Below are positions 61,799 to 64,000 of a DNA stretch of 64,000 nucleotides, in pieces. The DNA comes from Lytechinus pictus. Lineage: Eukaryota. The notes beneath the pieces were generated by a model. The model was not told the origin of the DNA. It saw only the letters and a list, made by a program, of their open reading frames with translations, and ran no database searches. Made by a program: the position numbers and the translations under genes. Each line of letters begins with the position of its first letter. Positions within the stretch are counted from its first letter, which is position 1. The stretch spans positions 11,482,148 through 11,546,147 of the forward strand of contig NC_087247.1 of NCBI RefSeq assembly GCF_037042905.1, given 5' to 3'.

Positions 61799-64000
61799 GA
61801 CCGGTACCTGCATTGGGATGATAACAATGGAAGATACAAGCACGTTATTAATTTAACATCTACTACAACTCTGTACATGCCTAGAAAAATGATTCACATT
61901 CAGTGAAACCCCTCAAAGGTTCATTGACACATACCGTCAACATTGACACTTCTTTTCCTCTTCCCTAGAGGCGAAGAACAACCTAGACAATAACATTCCA
62001 TATTGTCCACTAAAATGAGTGCAACAGGACAATGCTCAATGAGCTAGTTCCATCAAATGAGAGAGATAAAATAAATACTGTCATCAAGTCAAAGAACGAG
62101 AAAAATTGCAGTAACTGTTCCCCCTCATATATAAATTAATCCATTCAGATTCGCAAGGTTATGATGGCACTATCTTAGACTTTACAGTCTATGGAGGTAC
62201 AAATAAATTCTCCCAAATATCGAATAAAATTGGCTAGGTTTGCAGATAATTCAGACATGAGGCCCTATGAAAATACAGAAATGATGAATAAATTAAAAGA
62301 ATGTGGAATTTCCTGTTGGAATCCATCTAATCTCCCCACTTTATATGAAATATTTTGCTAAGATATTGCGGGGTTATGAGGATTAAATTGATTCTTGATA
62401 ACGCTCCAAATATCTAGTCTTGGCCAAGGCAGGATATGAACTCATTACAAGTCTCTTTTATGTGATTTAAAATCAAGATGTAGATATACCTACATGTAAG
62501 ATCTTCAAATTTAAAGGTCAAAATGAGTGTTTTTCATTCCTCTCAAAAACTACTTCTTACAAGTAAAAGTATAACAAAAGCTGTGTCCAAGAAGGTTTCT
62601 TTTATAGTACAGAGAACAGTGCACATAAAGTAATATTCTGTATTAAGATGCTTTAGAAGCAATTGGCAGAAATAATGTTTAAATTGTTTGGATTGAATTG
62701 AATTTTTTATTGACTTTCATGATCAACAATCAAAGAAAATAAGATAACAAAAAAAGAAAAATATGTAGCAAATGGGCTTCATCGAAGTAAAAAAGTAAAT
62801 AAAAACAAATGTTTCATTGTTCATTAAATTGTCACCTCCTCACAAAGTAATTAGATGTAATCAGAGCTGCCAAGTTGTATTTTGCATTTTCAGTATTCTT
62901 ATCCCCCAAAATCAGTATTTTCACAAAAAAATCTGTATTTTTACCGTGTGAGATAAATATGCAGACCTGCCAACCTCTGGAAATGATTAACTGTATTCTG
63001 TGATAAAAAAAACTGTATTTTTCCCCAAAATAGTGTATTTCATAATAAAATGCTTGGCGCACTCGCTAATCGCGGCGCTCAAGCTGCATGCAAGCTAAAA
63101 TGCGCACTGCTCTTGCAGATGAAAAAAGACAAACATTAAAACATGTGTATATCTTCACCCTGGTTTTTAACAAAATGATTGAAAAAAAAAGTAAGTTACC
63201 TGAAATTACATTGATCTAATAACCATATTTGTGTACGTTTTATGAAATAGAGACATATAGAGATTACTTTTCTCAATAAATTACGATTTAGTAAAAAATA
63301 AAAATAAAATGATTGCTATTTTCTGTATATGTTGATCATGTAAATAGATAAACACTCAATTATATAACCAAGTACGCATGTACACAAAATTAATCAATAC
63401 CATTTCTCCACCTTGTTTCCTGTGCCTCCATGTACTCAATAAAATCCTAGCTTAAACCAAGCCTTTTTGTTTGATATGATACTCAAAACAATTACCGGTA
63501 TAAACGAAACGCATGATTTCTACATAAATATGTGTACATATATACAAAAGTGTTTCCTTGTTTCCTGCGCTTACAATATGAAATCCTAGCTTGAACCTCT
63601 GTATTACAGCTCATCAAGCATGAAACCCTCATACAGTCCTTGAGTTGATCATAGAATATCACTTTTAAAGCTCTTCTTCATTCACTAATCATTATTTATG
63701 GTGTCCTTCACACTTCAAATAAGATAAGAACACCTCGCATTTTGCCAAATGTGACATGGCCCAGCTCACTCCGGGAAGTGATTCACAATGCCCCGTCAGA
63801 CTGACTCAGAAACTGACAAGAAAAGAATTACCACCAAAAATGAAGAAATAAAATGGGATTGATTTCATTATTAGGAATCCGGTAAATGTCAGCACATTTC
63901 CAGCCCAAATTTGTTCAGGGACGGGAGTTCTGTGTTTAGCGATTACAATTGGATTTCCTTGGAACAATCAGCTCTTTTATCTTCAAATTGAGTTCTCAAA

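Overview
This window reads as eukaryotic nuclear DNA, most likely from a marine invertebrate deuterostome such as an echinoderm (inferred only from AT-richness and repeat types, low confidence). I found no prokaryotic operon structure, no CRISPR array, no rRNA gene, and only short scattered exons; the 19034-19109 tRNA-like sequence is not a functional tRNA. The window is dominated by dispersed repeats: many families of MITE/foldback elements with clear terminal inverted repeats, at least five copies of a tRNA-derived SINE, microsatellites, and long homopolymer tracts. Two protein-coding genes are partly visible. On the + strand there are two terminal exons of a WD40-repeat protein (19465-19566 and 43793-43912, stop TAA at 43910-43912) separated by a 24.2-kb intron stuffed with transposon insertions. 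On the - strand there are two exons of a pseudokinase gene (61046-61798 and 58718-59725) with degenerate catalytic motifs and a long disordered N-terminus, tentatively PEAK1/PRAG1-family-like. The most unusual structures are a head-to-head inverted SINE pair forming a ~440-bp palindrome near 25.0-25.4 kb, nested and deletion-derivative MITEs, and a 46.9-53.6 kb mosaic of segmental duplications and G/C-homopolymer-bearing short elements that includes an apparently recent 319-bp MITE insertion. Exon boundaries are inferred from splice consensus and reading-frame continuity only. Gene names are tentative.
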